From UHGV virus genome UHGV-0165032: a stretch of DNA of 42,421 bases, one strand, 5' to 3'. The position numbers and the translations under genes are program-made. This stretch comes from a virus. Every line of letters starts with the position of its first letter. Position 1 is the stretch's first letter. The notes under the pieces were generated by a model. The model was not told the origin of the DNA. It worked only from the letters and a program-made list of their open reading frames with translations, and did no database searches. Below, piece by piece: positions 35,380-42,421 of this stretch.

Positions 35380-36141
35380 ATGAATAACATAGAAAATATC
35401 CAAGAATATATACCTACTGTGTATGTTAATGACTCTGAGCCAGATTTGGATGAGACAAACTTAAACAAAACAGAACAGGCAATAAAACGGGTAACCGATG
35501 CAGCCAATAAAGCAATTGATGCATTAAAGCAACTGGACCGGGAGAAGTTAGCGTTATCTGCTATATCTAACGTATTATCTGATGCTACAGATAAGGTTCC
35601 ATCATTGGCTTTAGCTAATACAATGCAGCTCGCGATTAATGACTTAAATAGCAATTTAGGAATGAAAATCACTTCTGGTAACATGACCGAAATTATCGGT
35701 GCCTTGCCGGTCGGAAAATATGCTGGGTACTATAGTTCTGGCTCATTTGGTGCACCCTCACATTACGGTACATTTGAGGCGGTTGTGATGAATTCTTCTA
35801 CCGCTACCATCACTGCAATAGATACCAGTAATAAAGTATCCTATCTCAATGTAAAAACAAGTGACGTTTGGTGTGGTTGGCAAAGCAATTCATATGGAAT
35901 ATATTTGTCTGATAGGGATTTGAATACAGTAAAACTACCAGGAACATATATACAGACCGCTAATGCATCTGCAACAACCACCCTACATTACCCCGTAGCT
36001 GGAGCTGCTGGCTTTTTAGAAGTCATAGGTTTAAATAATAATGACTGGTTATTACAACGCTATACTGGCTGGGGTACTGCTAATCAGACCTATAAACGTG
36101 TTTTGTATCAAGGTTCTTGGCGTGATTGGATGGCTGAGTAA
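35380..36141 (+). CDS. tail fibre protein with an exchangeable C-terminal tip domain
   Basis: GGAGG SD; N-terminal coiled-coil-like segment; C-terminal domain paralogous to the inverted segment downstream. Confidence 0.55.
   Translation: MNNIENIQEYIPTVYVNDSEPDLDETNLNKTEQAIKRVTDAANKAIDALKQLDREKLALSAISNVLSDATDKVPSLALANTMQLAINDLNSNLGMKITSGNMTEIIGALPVGKYAGYYSSGSFGAPSHYGTFEAVVMNSSTATITAIDTSNKVSYLNVKTSDVWCGWQSNSYGIYLSDRDLNTVKLPGTYIQTANASATTTLHYPVAGAAGFLEVIGLNNNDWLLQRYTGWGTANQTYKRVLYQGSWRDWMAE
35646..35659. repeat. left copy of the 14-bp inverted repeat aaatagcaatttag, inside the fibre gene (codons for LNSNL)
   Basis: its exact reverse complement is present at 36697..36710. Confidence 0.8.
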
Positions 36142-36145
36142 ATGA

Positions 36146-36710
36146 TTATTTTGGAATTAATAACAGCTGAGCGGAAGGTGATGTTGTAATAGCGGCATTG
36201 GTGACGTTTCTGAGCTGTAGTGTAATGTTTGTACCATCAGCTCTAAAATAGTAGATATAACAACCATTATTTCCACTTCCTACTTCTCTGGCATCTAGTA
36301 GCTTGTATCCAGATGGGATTTGGCCGGAAATATTTGTTGTTGAGCCAGCAATACCAGCGTTGGCAGGTACAGTTACTTGATTTAAGCTTACTATTTTTGT
36401 GAGAAAATCCGCATTTGTTAAAAGTGATGATTCATGTTCCCACTTGTTTGCAATAGGGTTCCAAATCCGCTGATGATTCTGTTCTATGTCGTATTGAGTG
36501 AATGATTGTCTGATATATTGAGTGCCATTTGTATAATCCACTTTTAGGATAAATGCTTTGCTGAGTGGACAATTTTTTAAAGTTGCGGCATTAGCATTAC
36601 CCGGACAATAATAATTGCCGGGAACTTTATAATCATCTGAATACAGATCCGCGTTGTCTGGTATCAATATACCTCCAGACAAGCTATAACAATTTTCTAA
36701 ATTGCTATTT
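36146..36710 (-). CDS. alternative tail-fibre C-terminal domain cassette, inverted orientation (Sv'-like); it would be expressed only after inversion
   Basis: The minus-strand ORF is paralogous to the fibre C-terminus (PG.Y...NA.A...P...W..W pattern). Its 3' end abuts the fibre stop and its 5' boundary is the inverted repeat. Confidence 0.5.
36697..36710. repeat. right copy (ctaaattgctattt) of the 14-bp inverted repeat
   Basis: reverse complement of 35646..35659; encodes NSNL in the minus-strand cassette, in the same frame. Confidence 0.8.
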
Positions 36711-36743
36711 GTAATATAAAAACATACCCATGAAAGGAGTAAA

Positions 36744-37157
36744 ATGAACCAATTAAAACTATCAAACAACACAAAATACGACTTAATAACAAACGGGGTG
36801 GAAGAATCAGGCGATTACCTAACCCTGTCGTTTCTTCCCGGCCTAGACAGTTTTGAAACGGTAGAATCCGAATTTAATCCGACAAATACAGAAAAAATTT
36901 ACATACTTGGTTTGGACGGTCAGCCGATGGAAGTAAAAACCGGATTTACTCAGCTGGTTGAGATGCGCAAGAAAATGGATTATGTCATTTCATCTGAGAC
37001 AGTAAATACCGGAACCGAGGAAGAGCCGAATTATGAAACCAATGAAGTGAAGGATACCATTATGGTTGTTAAACTTCGTAGGCCAGATATCCGGGATACA
37101 GTGCGGACATTGCAAGATACAGTGGATGCAATAATTTTAAGTCAGCTGGAGGTGTAA
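36744..37157 (+). CDS. hypothetical acidic protein (XkdW-position)
   Basis: GAAAGGAG SD. Confidence 0.45.
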   Translation: MNQLKLSNNTKYDLITNGVEESGDYLTLSFLPGLDSFETVESEFNPTNTEKIYILGLDGQPMEVKTGFTQLVEMRKKMDYVISSETVNTGTEEEPNYETNEVKDTIMVVKLRRPDIRDTVRTLQDTVDAIILSQLEV

Positions 37158-37158
37158 C

Positions 37159-37284
37159 ATGTATACAACATTAAAAAGGCTATATAACAATGGTAAAGGT
37201 CCATTAACTGTTGCCGAACTTAACCGGGCTGTGTCAATTGGATGGATTACAGAGCAGCAGAAAAACAGTATAATCGGAGGATGA
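37159..37284 (+). CDS. XkdX-family small protein
   Basis: 41 aa, MYTTLKRLYNNG...ITEQQKNSIIGG, typical XkdX size and position before the lysin. Confidence 0.5.
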   Translation: MYTTLKRLYNNGKGPLTVAELNRAVSIGWITEQQKNSIIGG

Positions 37285-37286
37285 TT

Positions 37287-38027
37287 ATGAGAGATATCAC
37301 ATTGTGCCATCCAAGCTTGCAGCTTTTAGCGGGTCAGTTGGTGTATGAATGCAATAAACAGGGATTAAAAATTAAGATAGGCGAAACACTGCGAACCGTG
37401 GCAGAACAGGATGCTTTATACGCTCAGGGCAGGACTAAACCGGGGAACATTGTAACTAATGCTCCTGGCAGCAGCTACAGTTCCTATCATCAGTGGGGTA
37501 CTGCCTTTGATATCTTCCGCAATGACGGCGCTGGTGCTTATAATGAAATTGGGGGCTTTTTTAACCGTGTAGGTGCTATCGGTGTATCTTTAGGACTTGA
37601 ATGGGGTGGAAATTGGAAGTCTCCTGTGGACAAGCCACATTTCCAGTTGCCGAATTGGGGAAGCAGCACATCTGGAATCAAGAAACTGTATCGTAACCCG
37701 GATGAATTTATGAAAACCTGGGTTACGGAGGAGCGCACAGGCTGGATTAAAGATAATAACGGCTGGTGGTACCGCAGACCGGATGGAACTTGCCCAGCTA
37801 ATAAGTGGTGTATCATAAATCACCATTGGTACTTATTTAATAAGGATGGTTATGCCTGCACCAGCTGGCACCGCTGGAATGGCAGTACATGTGACCCGGA
37901 TGACGGTTCGGGTGATTGGTATTACTTTGACCCTACACCAAACGGTCCTTTGGAGGGGGCATGCTGGCATAGTCAAGATAATGGCGCGCAGGAAATCTGG
38001 TACATAGAGGATTCTAACTCAATATAA
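37287..38027 (+). CDS. endolysin: N-terminal peptidase M15 (VanY / L-Ala-D-Glu peptidase-like) plus C-terminal cell-wall-binding repeats
   Basis: SYHQWGTAFD and DKPHFQ zinc-ligand motifs; C-terminal GW/WYY repeats (NNGWWYRRPDG, HHWYLFNKDGY, GDWYYFDPTPNG). Confidence 0.8.
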   Translation: MRDITLCHPSLQLLAGQLVYECNKQGLKIKIGETLRTVAEQDALYAQGRTKPGNIVTNAPGSSYSSYHQWGTAFDIFRNDGAGAYNEIGGFFNRVGAIGVSLGLEWGGNWKSPVDKPHFQLPNWGSSTSGIKKLYRNPDEFMKTWVTEERTGWIKDNNGWWYRRPDGTCPANKWCIINHHWYLFNKDGYACTSWHRWNGSTCDPDDGSGDWYYFDPTPNGPLEGACWHSQDNGAQEIWYIEDSNSI

Positions 38028-38083
38028 AAGCGCCAGAACTTAACTCTGACGCTTCTATGTATAATATACCATCTTCGGAAATA

Positions 38084-38104
38084 TGCAACACGAAATGCAA
38101 CACG
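38084..38104 (+). repeat. two direct TGCAACACG arm-type repeats (P-arm candidates)
   Basis: the same 9-mer is repeated twice more at 38280..38298, flanking the tRNA-like core. Confidence 0.55.
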
Positions 38105-38136
38105 GAGCCTGGAAACCGCATAAAACCGTTGTATTT

Positions 38137-38162
38137 TGCGGGTTCGAATCCCGTATGCTCCA
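38137..38162 (+). other. attP core candidate: tRNA 3' end (T-arm GCGGGTTCGAATCCCGT plus acceptor ATGCTCCA)
   Basis: tRNA 3'-half-like sequence without a 5' half, between the lysis gene and the integrase gene. Confidence 0.55.
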
Positions 38163-38170
38163 TTTTATTA

Positions 38171-38216
38171 AAACCTTGTAGATACGGGAAAAACAACGTA
38201 TTTACAAGGTTTTTTC
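38171..38216. terminator. 15-bp stem-loop aaaccttgtagatac...gtatttacaaggttt followed by a T-run
   Basis: Near-perfect inverted repeat; likely terminator of the late operon, or an architectural site within attP. Confidence 0.5.
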
Positions 38217-38279
38217 ATGTTTTAAAACAGCACTTCCTATGCCTACCACGGTGGAAAATATGCTATTTTTTATTATATA

Positions 38280-38298
38280 TGCAACACGATGCAACACG
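38280..38298 (+). repeat. two direct TGCAACACG arm-type repeats (P'-arm candidates)
   Basis: matches 38084..38104. Confidence 0.55.
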
Positions 38299-38315
38299 GA
38301 AAATATGTTATTTTA

Positions 38316-39389
38316 TTACATGCTGTTTAATTTTTCAAAGTGCTTATTAATTTTTTTGTTCTGCCGGACGCTTTCCAGGTCAATTACATTTCTATATACT
38401 GCTTTCATGATATTGTCGCTGGCCCATCCCCCCCGTTGTAAAATATATTGGTCCGGTATGCCTATGGCGTGCATAATGGATGCAGCATAATGCCGGAGGT
38501 CGTGAAAGCGGAAATGGGGTATGTCAATCTTTTTGAGTACTCGTCCGAATCGGTGTGTGATGTAATCCGGGTTCATGTCAACCAATTTTCCTTTTTTTCC
38601 AGATATCCGGTCAATTACAAATGCTGGCATTTCTACATCCCGTGTGCTATCATCCGTCTTAGGCTGTTTAATGTACCATTGATTATCTGGCCCCTTGACC
38701 ATATTGTCTCTTACATGGATTATCTTTCCGTCCACGTTCTTGTCGGTTAGGGCGCTTATTTCTCCACGCCTAAGTGGTCCAAAGGCTGCTAGTAATACAG
38801 CTATTTCTAAATCAGTACTTTTGATTGCCTCCAGCAGCTTTTTAATATCATTGTCATTGGGGCAATATAAGTCAGGACGTTTTTTCTGAGGCAGCTTAAC
38901 TTTTAGAGTTAAATACGGTGCAAACATCTCCAGGGATGCAGATAACAGGCCATAGGCATTACGGACCGTCTTTGGAGAGAGTTGTTTTGAAGCCAAATCA
39001 CTTATCCATATCTGTACAGATGGATTAGTTAGCTCTGAAAGCCGTTTACGCCCAAATGCGCCGCTGAAATACTGTCTTTGCAATCCGGTATACCCTCTGA
39101 GCGTAGAAGGGCTTAAAACGCCTTTCTTGACGCTCAAATAACGCTCGATAGCTTGGCTCACTGTTATATCTTCTTCCCCGTCCTCTTCCGGGTCATTGTA
39201 TTGTTCTATAGGTTTATCTTTCATGTCTAATTTCCATCTGGTAGCCATCTCCTTTGCCTCTTTACGTGATGGGGCAACAAAGCTTTTGTAATGCCGCTTA
39301 CCTTTATCATCTGTATACAGATACACTTGCACTCGGACATTTCCAGACGGCAGTACTCCTTTTTTTCTTTTCGGGGCTTTTGTAGTCAT
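38316..39389 (-). CDS. int: phage integrase (tyrosine recombinase with an N-terminal AP2-like arm-binding domain)
   Basis: VRVQVYLYTDDKGKRHYKSF N-domain; catalytic R (LRRGE), HxxR (HDLRH), W (GGWAS), Y (AVYRN). Start at MTTKAP, with GGAGGAAAGAGAA SD. Confidence 0.85.
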   Translation of the reverse strand: MTTKAPKRKKGVLPSGNVRVQVYLYTDDKGKRHYKSFVAPSRKEAKEMATRWKLDMKDKPIEQYNDPEEDGEEDITVSQAIERYLSVKKGVLSPSTLRGYTGLQRQYFSGAFGRKRLSELTNPSVQIWISDLASKQLSPKTVRNAYGLLSASLEMFAPYLTLKVKLPQKKRPDLYCPNDNDIKKLLEAIKSTDLEIAVLLAAFGPLRRGEISALTDKNVDGKIIHVRDNMVKGPDNQWYIKQPKTDDSTRDVEMPAFVIDRISGKKGKLVDMNPDYITHRFGRVLKKIDIPHFRFHDLRHYAASIMHAIGIPDQYILQRGGWASDNIMKAVYRNVIDLESVRQNKKINKHFEKLNSM

Positions 39390-39555
39390 TTCTCTTTCCT
39401 CCTTCAATTGATTTTCCTAAAAATAGGTATAAAAAATACAGCTCCGCAAACATCTTGCAAAGCCGCCCCGAAGATGGTACAATATAGGTGCGAATTATAG
39501 TACATATCTTCGGGTATGTAAGCCGGTTCCTGTTGGCGCAGGGGCCGGTTTTGTT

Positions 39556-40464
39556 TTACATATTTAAAATCTGTTTCTTTTTTTCATCAAACTCTTCTTG
39601 TGTTAATGCTCCAATGTCAAGTAATTCTTTTAAGGCCTTAATCCCTTCTAAATTTTGTTTCACATCATTAACTATTATCGCTTTATCAGGAATTTTAGAG
39701 AAATCAAAACATCGTATTTTTGAATCAATTTCTCTAGTGCATTTGAATGACAATTTGAAAATTTTTTTGCTATCTTGATTTCTGAAAGTAATAGTAGCAT
39801 TGGTAGACTTTTCAATATTAGATGATAGTTCTGTAGAATTTGAAACTACATTCCCTATAGTTTTTGATAATCCCTTATTTTTTCCATTTATTCCACCAAG
39901 CATTATATTACCTACAACTGCTCCTAATCCAATGTTAGATGTTTTTTCCTTTGATTTTGTCTTGCTCTTTTCTGTAGTAGTTCCTGAAGAAGTTGTTAAA
40001 GTTGAAAACTCTGGTCCATCCCATTCATATTCAATTAAATCGTAGAATGTAGACTTATCTTTATTTAAAAATATTTTTCCAGAAGATTCTTGAGTAATAA
40101 TTATGTCTCCTGTTTTCATCCCCAATTCTTTATATCCAAAAATAGCCTGTATTTTTATTGAACGGTTCTTTTTTTCATCGTCTAAATGATATTCTATCAT
40201 TTCTAAATTAGGAGCGTATTCATGAATAAAGTCAACAGTTTTTTGAATCAATTCATTTGCATTATTAGAAAAATTAAAATTTTCTATAATGTTTGCTTGC
40301 GTTACAAAATTCATATACCCTTTTTTGCTGGTAGCATAACAATAATCAATTCTTTTCATTTGTTCATATGTAAGGGATACTTTATTCCCCATAAATGTAA
40401 TCAAATTAACTCCTGTTTTACCGATATATAATTCCTTAGTCGTTCCTTTAATACTCATGAACAT
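39556..40464 (-). CDS. SHOCT-domain protein with an unknown N-terminal domain, an S/T/K-rich linker and a Gly-rich hydrophobic segment; AT-rich moron
   Basis: C-terminal ALKELLDIGALTQEEFDEKKKQIL is a SHOCT motif. The gene has markedly lower GC than its neighbours. Confidence 0.55.
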   Translation of the reverse strand: MFMSIKGTTKELYIGKTGVNLITFMGNKVSLTYEQMKRIDYCYATSKKGYMNFVTQANIIENFNFSNNANELIQKTVDFIHEYAPNLEMIEYHLDDEKKNRSIKIQAIFGYKELGMKTGDIIITQESSGKIFLNKDKSTFYDLIEYEWDGPEFSTLTTSSGTTTEKSKTKSKEKTSNIGLGAVVGNIMLGGINGKNKGLSKTIGNVVSNSTELSSNIEKSTNATITFRNQDSKKIFKLSFKCTREIDSKIRCFDFSKIPDKAIIVNDVKQNLEGIKALKELLDIGALTQEEFDEKKKQILNM

Positions 40465-40685
40465 CCTCCGTAATGTGCATCATATTCAATGTTCTGCACA
40501 TCATTTTTTTCAAAATCATTTCCCTCTAAATGCCTCATAACATGCCAGAACCTTTGTCTTTGAGATTCCCTGGTTGCATTTTTATCTAAAAATATAGTAA
40601 CGGTTCCATCCTCATTGGGCGTTACAGCTTCATGTATTTTTCCAGATGGAAAGCTAATCAATTGGACGTTGTAGTCAATCGACAT
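40455..40685 (-). CDS. hypothetical protein downstream of the repressor gene
   Basis: overlaps the repressor gene by 11 nt. Confidence 0.45.
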   Translation of the reverse strand: MSIDYNVQLISFPSGKIHEAVTPNEDGTVTIFLDKNATRESQRQRFWHVMRHLEGNDFEKNDVQNIEYDAHYGGCS

Positions 40686-41055
40686 TGCCTCGTTCCTTTC
40701 TTTTCAAAGCTAAAAGCATATCATGTGTAGTTTTCAAATCATCTACCGTTGCATCCCTGGCAGCATCGAATAGCAGACGCAGTTCTTTATTCTCGAAAAT
40801 GTCTTGTGCTATGGCCGCAGTTTCTGGATTGATATAGTATCTGTCAGCTTCTGCTTTCTCGTTTCCGGGCATTAAATCATTGATCGACACTCCAAAATAG
40901 TCAGCTATTTGTTGGAGTTTTTTTATTGTCGGGCTTGTGCCTCTGGTCTTAAATTTACCAATATACCCCCTTCCAAATCCCAATTCCTTTTCTAAGGCCG
41001 TAATCGCAATTCCGCGTTGTTTGCAAAGGTCAGAAATTATATCATATGTTGTCAT
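40675..41055 (-). CDS. CI-like repressor, XRE-family HTH (no S24 peptidase domain)
   Basis: N-terminal HTH (ISDLCKQRGIAITALEKELGFGRGYIGKF); divergent from the cro-like gene across an operator-rich region. Confidence 0.75.
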   Translation of the reverse strand: MTTYDIISDLCKQRGIAITALEKELGFGRGYIGKFKTRGTSPTIKKLQQIADYFGVSINDLMPGNEKAEADRYYINPETAAIAQDIFENKELRLLFDAARDATVDDLKTTHDMLLALKRKERGNVD

Positions 41056-41073
41056 GGTGGCCTCCTAATAAAA

Positions 41074-41259
41074 GTAGAAAAAAGTCTACAAAAACTATTG
41101 ACAACATAGAATATAGTCTGTATAATACAGATATATGGAGTAGAAAAAATTCTACCAAATGTAAAATACAGATTTTGATGTTGTCTATGATTTTGCTGGT
41201 AACTTGATTATAGAATAAAATCTACATCATGTCAATATATAAGGTAGAATTTTTTCTAA
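41074..41259. promoter_or_regulatory. operator region with three GTAGA-N6-TCTAC-type sites (41074..41089, 41140..41155, 41244..41259)
   Basis: repeated near-palindrome gtagaaaaaa(g/t)tctac between the divergent cI-like and cro-like genes. Confidence 0.6.
41098..41126 (+). promoter_or_regulatory. consensus sigma70 promoter TTGACA, 17 nt, TATAAT (PR-like)
   Basis: exact consensus hexamers with a 17-nt spacer, between operators O1 and O2. Confidence 0.65.
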
Positions 41260-41277
41260 AAGAAAGGAGGATATAAG

Positions 41278-41463
41278 TTGCTGATTTACGATAGGATTAA
41301 AGCAATATGTGAAGAAAAAGGTATTAGTGTTCGACAAGTAGAAACAACTGCTGGACTTAAAAACGGTGCTATTAGCAAATGGAATGATTCAAGTCCGACT
41401 GTAAAAAGCCTTAAAGCGGTTGCAGATGTTTTAAAAGTCAAAGTGGACAAGCTTATTTCTTAA
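41278..41463 (+). CDS. Cro-like XRE HTH regulator (TTG start)
   Basis: AAAGGAGG SD 7 nt before TTG; HTH (ICEEKGISVRQVETTAGLKNGAISKW). Confidence 0.7.
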   Translation: MLIYDRIKAICEEKGISVRQVETTAGLKNGAISKWNDSSPTVKSLKAVADVLKVKVDKLIS

Positions 41464-41475
41464 AGGAGGTGAAAA

Positions 41476-41721
41476 ATGATGAATGGACCAAAGTTTAGGT
41501 TGGTGAGCGATGGAAAACATACCTATTTTGAATTATGTGGAAAATCTATAGGGAAAGGTATTTCATCCGTTTCTTATGTTCATGAAGCAGGTGGGAATCC
41601 AGAAATTACCATTTCTTTTAACTTGAATGATTTTGAATTTTTGGAAGATGGGAAGGTTGATATGGTAACAAATACTCTGATTGGAGTAGAGCCGCCCGAC
41701 AAGACGGCTCTTAGGAATTAA
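41476..41721 (+). CDS. hypothetical early protein
   Basis: AAGGAGG SD. Confidence 0.5.
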   Translation: MMNGPKFRLVSDGKHTYFELCGKSIGKGISSVSYVHEAGGNPEITISFNLNDFEFLEDGKVDMVTNTLIGVEPPDKTALRN

Positions 41722-41924
41722 TTGGTTGCCTTTTCGTATCCGGCAGATGTTAATTCTATTGAAGCTATAACATCATTTCGGCAAATGATATATCCATATG
41801 ATTCTAATTCATTAATAATTCTATCAGAGAAAGCAATATAAAAGTCAGAATCAAAAGATTTACGCTTCGTTTTATCAAATTCATTGGCCATTTTACGAAG
41901 AAGCAACATTGCATTTTCAGACAT
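41718..41924 (-). CDS. hypothetical protein
   Basis: minus-strand AAAGGAGATAAT SD before ATG (MSENAMLLL). Confidence 0.45.
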   Translation of the reverse strand: MSENAMLLLRKMANEFDKTKRKSFDSDFYIAFSDRIINELESYGYIICRNDVIASIELTSAGYEKATN

Positions 41925-42015
41925 ATTATCTCCTTTCTTATGTACTCGGCGCGGCAACGCCTGTACTTAAATTATAAAGGAGAGGGGTAGGAATGACAAG
42001 ATTAAAGGAGGAAAC

Positions 42016-42421
42016 ATGGAAGAAATAATAAAATCGTATAAAGGTTTTAATAAGGATATGACCTGCAAAAATAAACAATATGAAGTGGGAAAGGATTACG
42101 AGGAAGATAAAGCCGTGGCTTGTGAATGCGGTATGCATGCATGCGAATACCCACTTGATTGTTTTAAATATTATCCACCATCAAAATCTGTGTATTGTGA
42201 GGTAGAGCAGAGTGGAGACATAAGCAGACACGATGATGATAGTAAAATTGCATCAACAAAGATGCGCATTGGTGCGCAACTGAATATTGCTGGAATTGTA
42301 AATGCAGCAATTAAATATACCAAAGAAAAGGTTGAAAAAACTTGTATAGAATCTAAAGCAGCAACAGCCGGGGACTACGGAGCAGCAACAGCTGGGAACA
42401 GCGGAGCAGCAACAGCCGGGA
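42016..42421 (+). CDS. 5' portion of the wrap-around repeat protein: Cys-rich N-terminal domain (YKGFNKDMTC...CECGMHACEYPLDCFKYYPP...CEVEQSG) followed by GAATAG octapeptide repeats
   Basis: AAGGAGGAAAC SD then ATG 42016; the ORF runs off the window end in frame with 1..311. Confidence 0.6.
   Translation, partial: MEEIIKSYKGFNKDMTCKNKQYEVGKDYEEDKAVACECGMHACEYPLDCFKYYPPSKSVYCEVEQSGDISRHDDDSKIASTKMRIGAQLNIAGIVNAAIKYTKEKVEKTCIESKAATAGDYGAATAGNSGAATAG

Overview
The window is a complete, circularly closed temperate siphovirus-type phage genome of about 42.4 kb, or an excised prophage. A repeat-protein gene that starts at 42016 runs in frame across the window ends and stops at 311, which is the evidence for circular closure. 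Gene content points to a Firmicutes, probably Clostridia-like, host: a Cys-rich KTR zinc-ribbon protein, choline-binding-like cell-wall-binding repeats on the endolysin, and a SHOCT-domain protein.

Layout, starting from the lysogeny module:
- Lysogeny module at 38.0-41.5 kb: a tyrosine integrase (minus strand) next to an attP that carries a tRNA 3'-end core and four TGCAACACG arm-type repeats; an AT-rich moron cassette with a SHOCT-domain protein; a CI-like XRE repressor; three GTAGA-N6-TCTAC operators with a consensus sigma70 promoter; and a TTG-start Cro-like gene.
- Early, recombination and replication genes at 0.4-8.6 kb: Gp157-like protein, a Rad52/Sak-type annealing protein, a DUF968 HNH-like nuclease, an Hjc-like resolvase, a DnaD-like replisome organizer, a phage Dcm-type C5-cytosine methyltransferase, a YopX protein and many small Cys-rich ORFs.
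- A second, XerC/D-like tyrosine recombinase at 9.1-10.2 kb, preceded by two tRNA 3'-end-like fragments.
- Late region from 10.6 kb: terminase small and large subunits, portal, MuF-like head morphogenesis protein, then a 6-kb non-canonical insert. The insert holds a sigma-region-4-like regulator, a cluster of low-complexity Pro/Gln-, Gly/Met- and Cys-rich proteins including a C1q/BclA-like protein, a minus-strand three-gene module with an XRE regulator, and two tRNA genes. After the insert come scaffold, major capsid, connector, a tail module with G/GT chaperones and an 818-aa tape measure protein, tail fibres, an XkdX-like protein and an M15 endolysin.

The most notable observations:
1. A Mu-G/shufflon-like invertible tail-fibre tip. 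An inverted paralogous C-terminal domain lies directly after the fibre gene, and a 14-bp perfect inverted repeat sits in frame in both copies.
2. The methyltransferase locus carries conserved C5-MTase motifs in two overlapping reading frames.
3. Two tyrosine recombinases are present.
4. An AT-rich SHOCT-domain moron sits between int and cI.
5. A cluster of low-complexity, Cys-rich proteins lies in the structural region.
6. A 16-nt candidate late-promoter motif occurs twice.
7. Two unusual phage tRNAs: one with a UAU anticodon, and one class II-like with a UUG anticodon.
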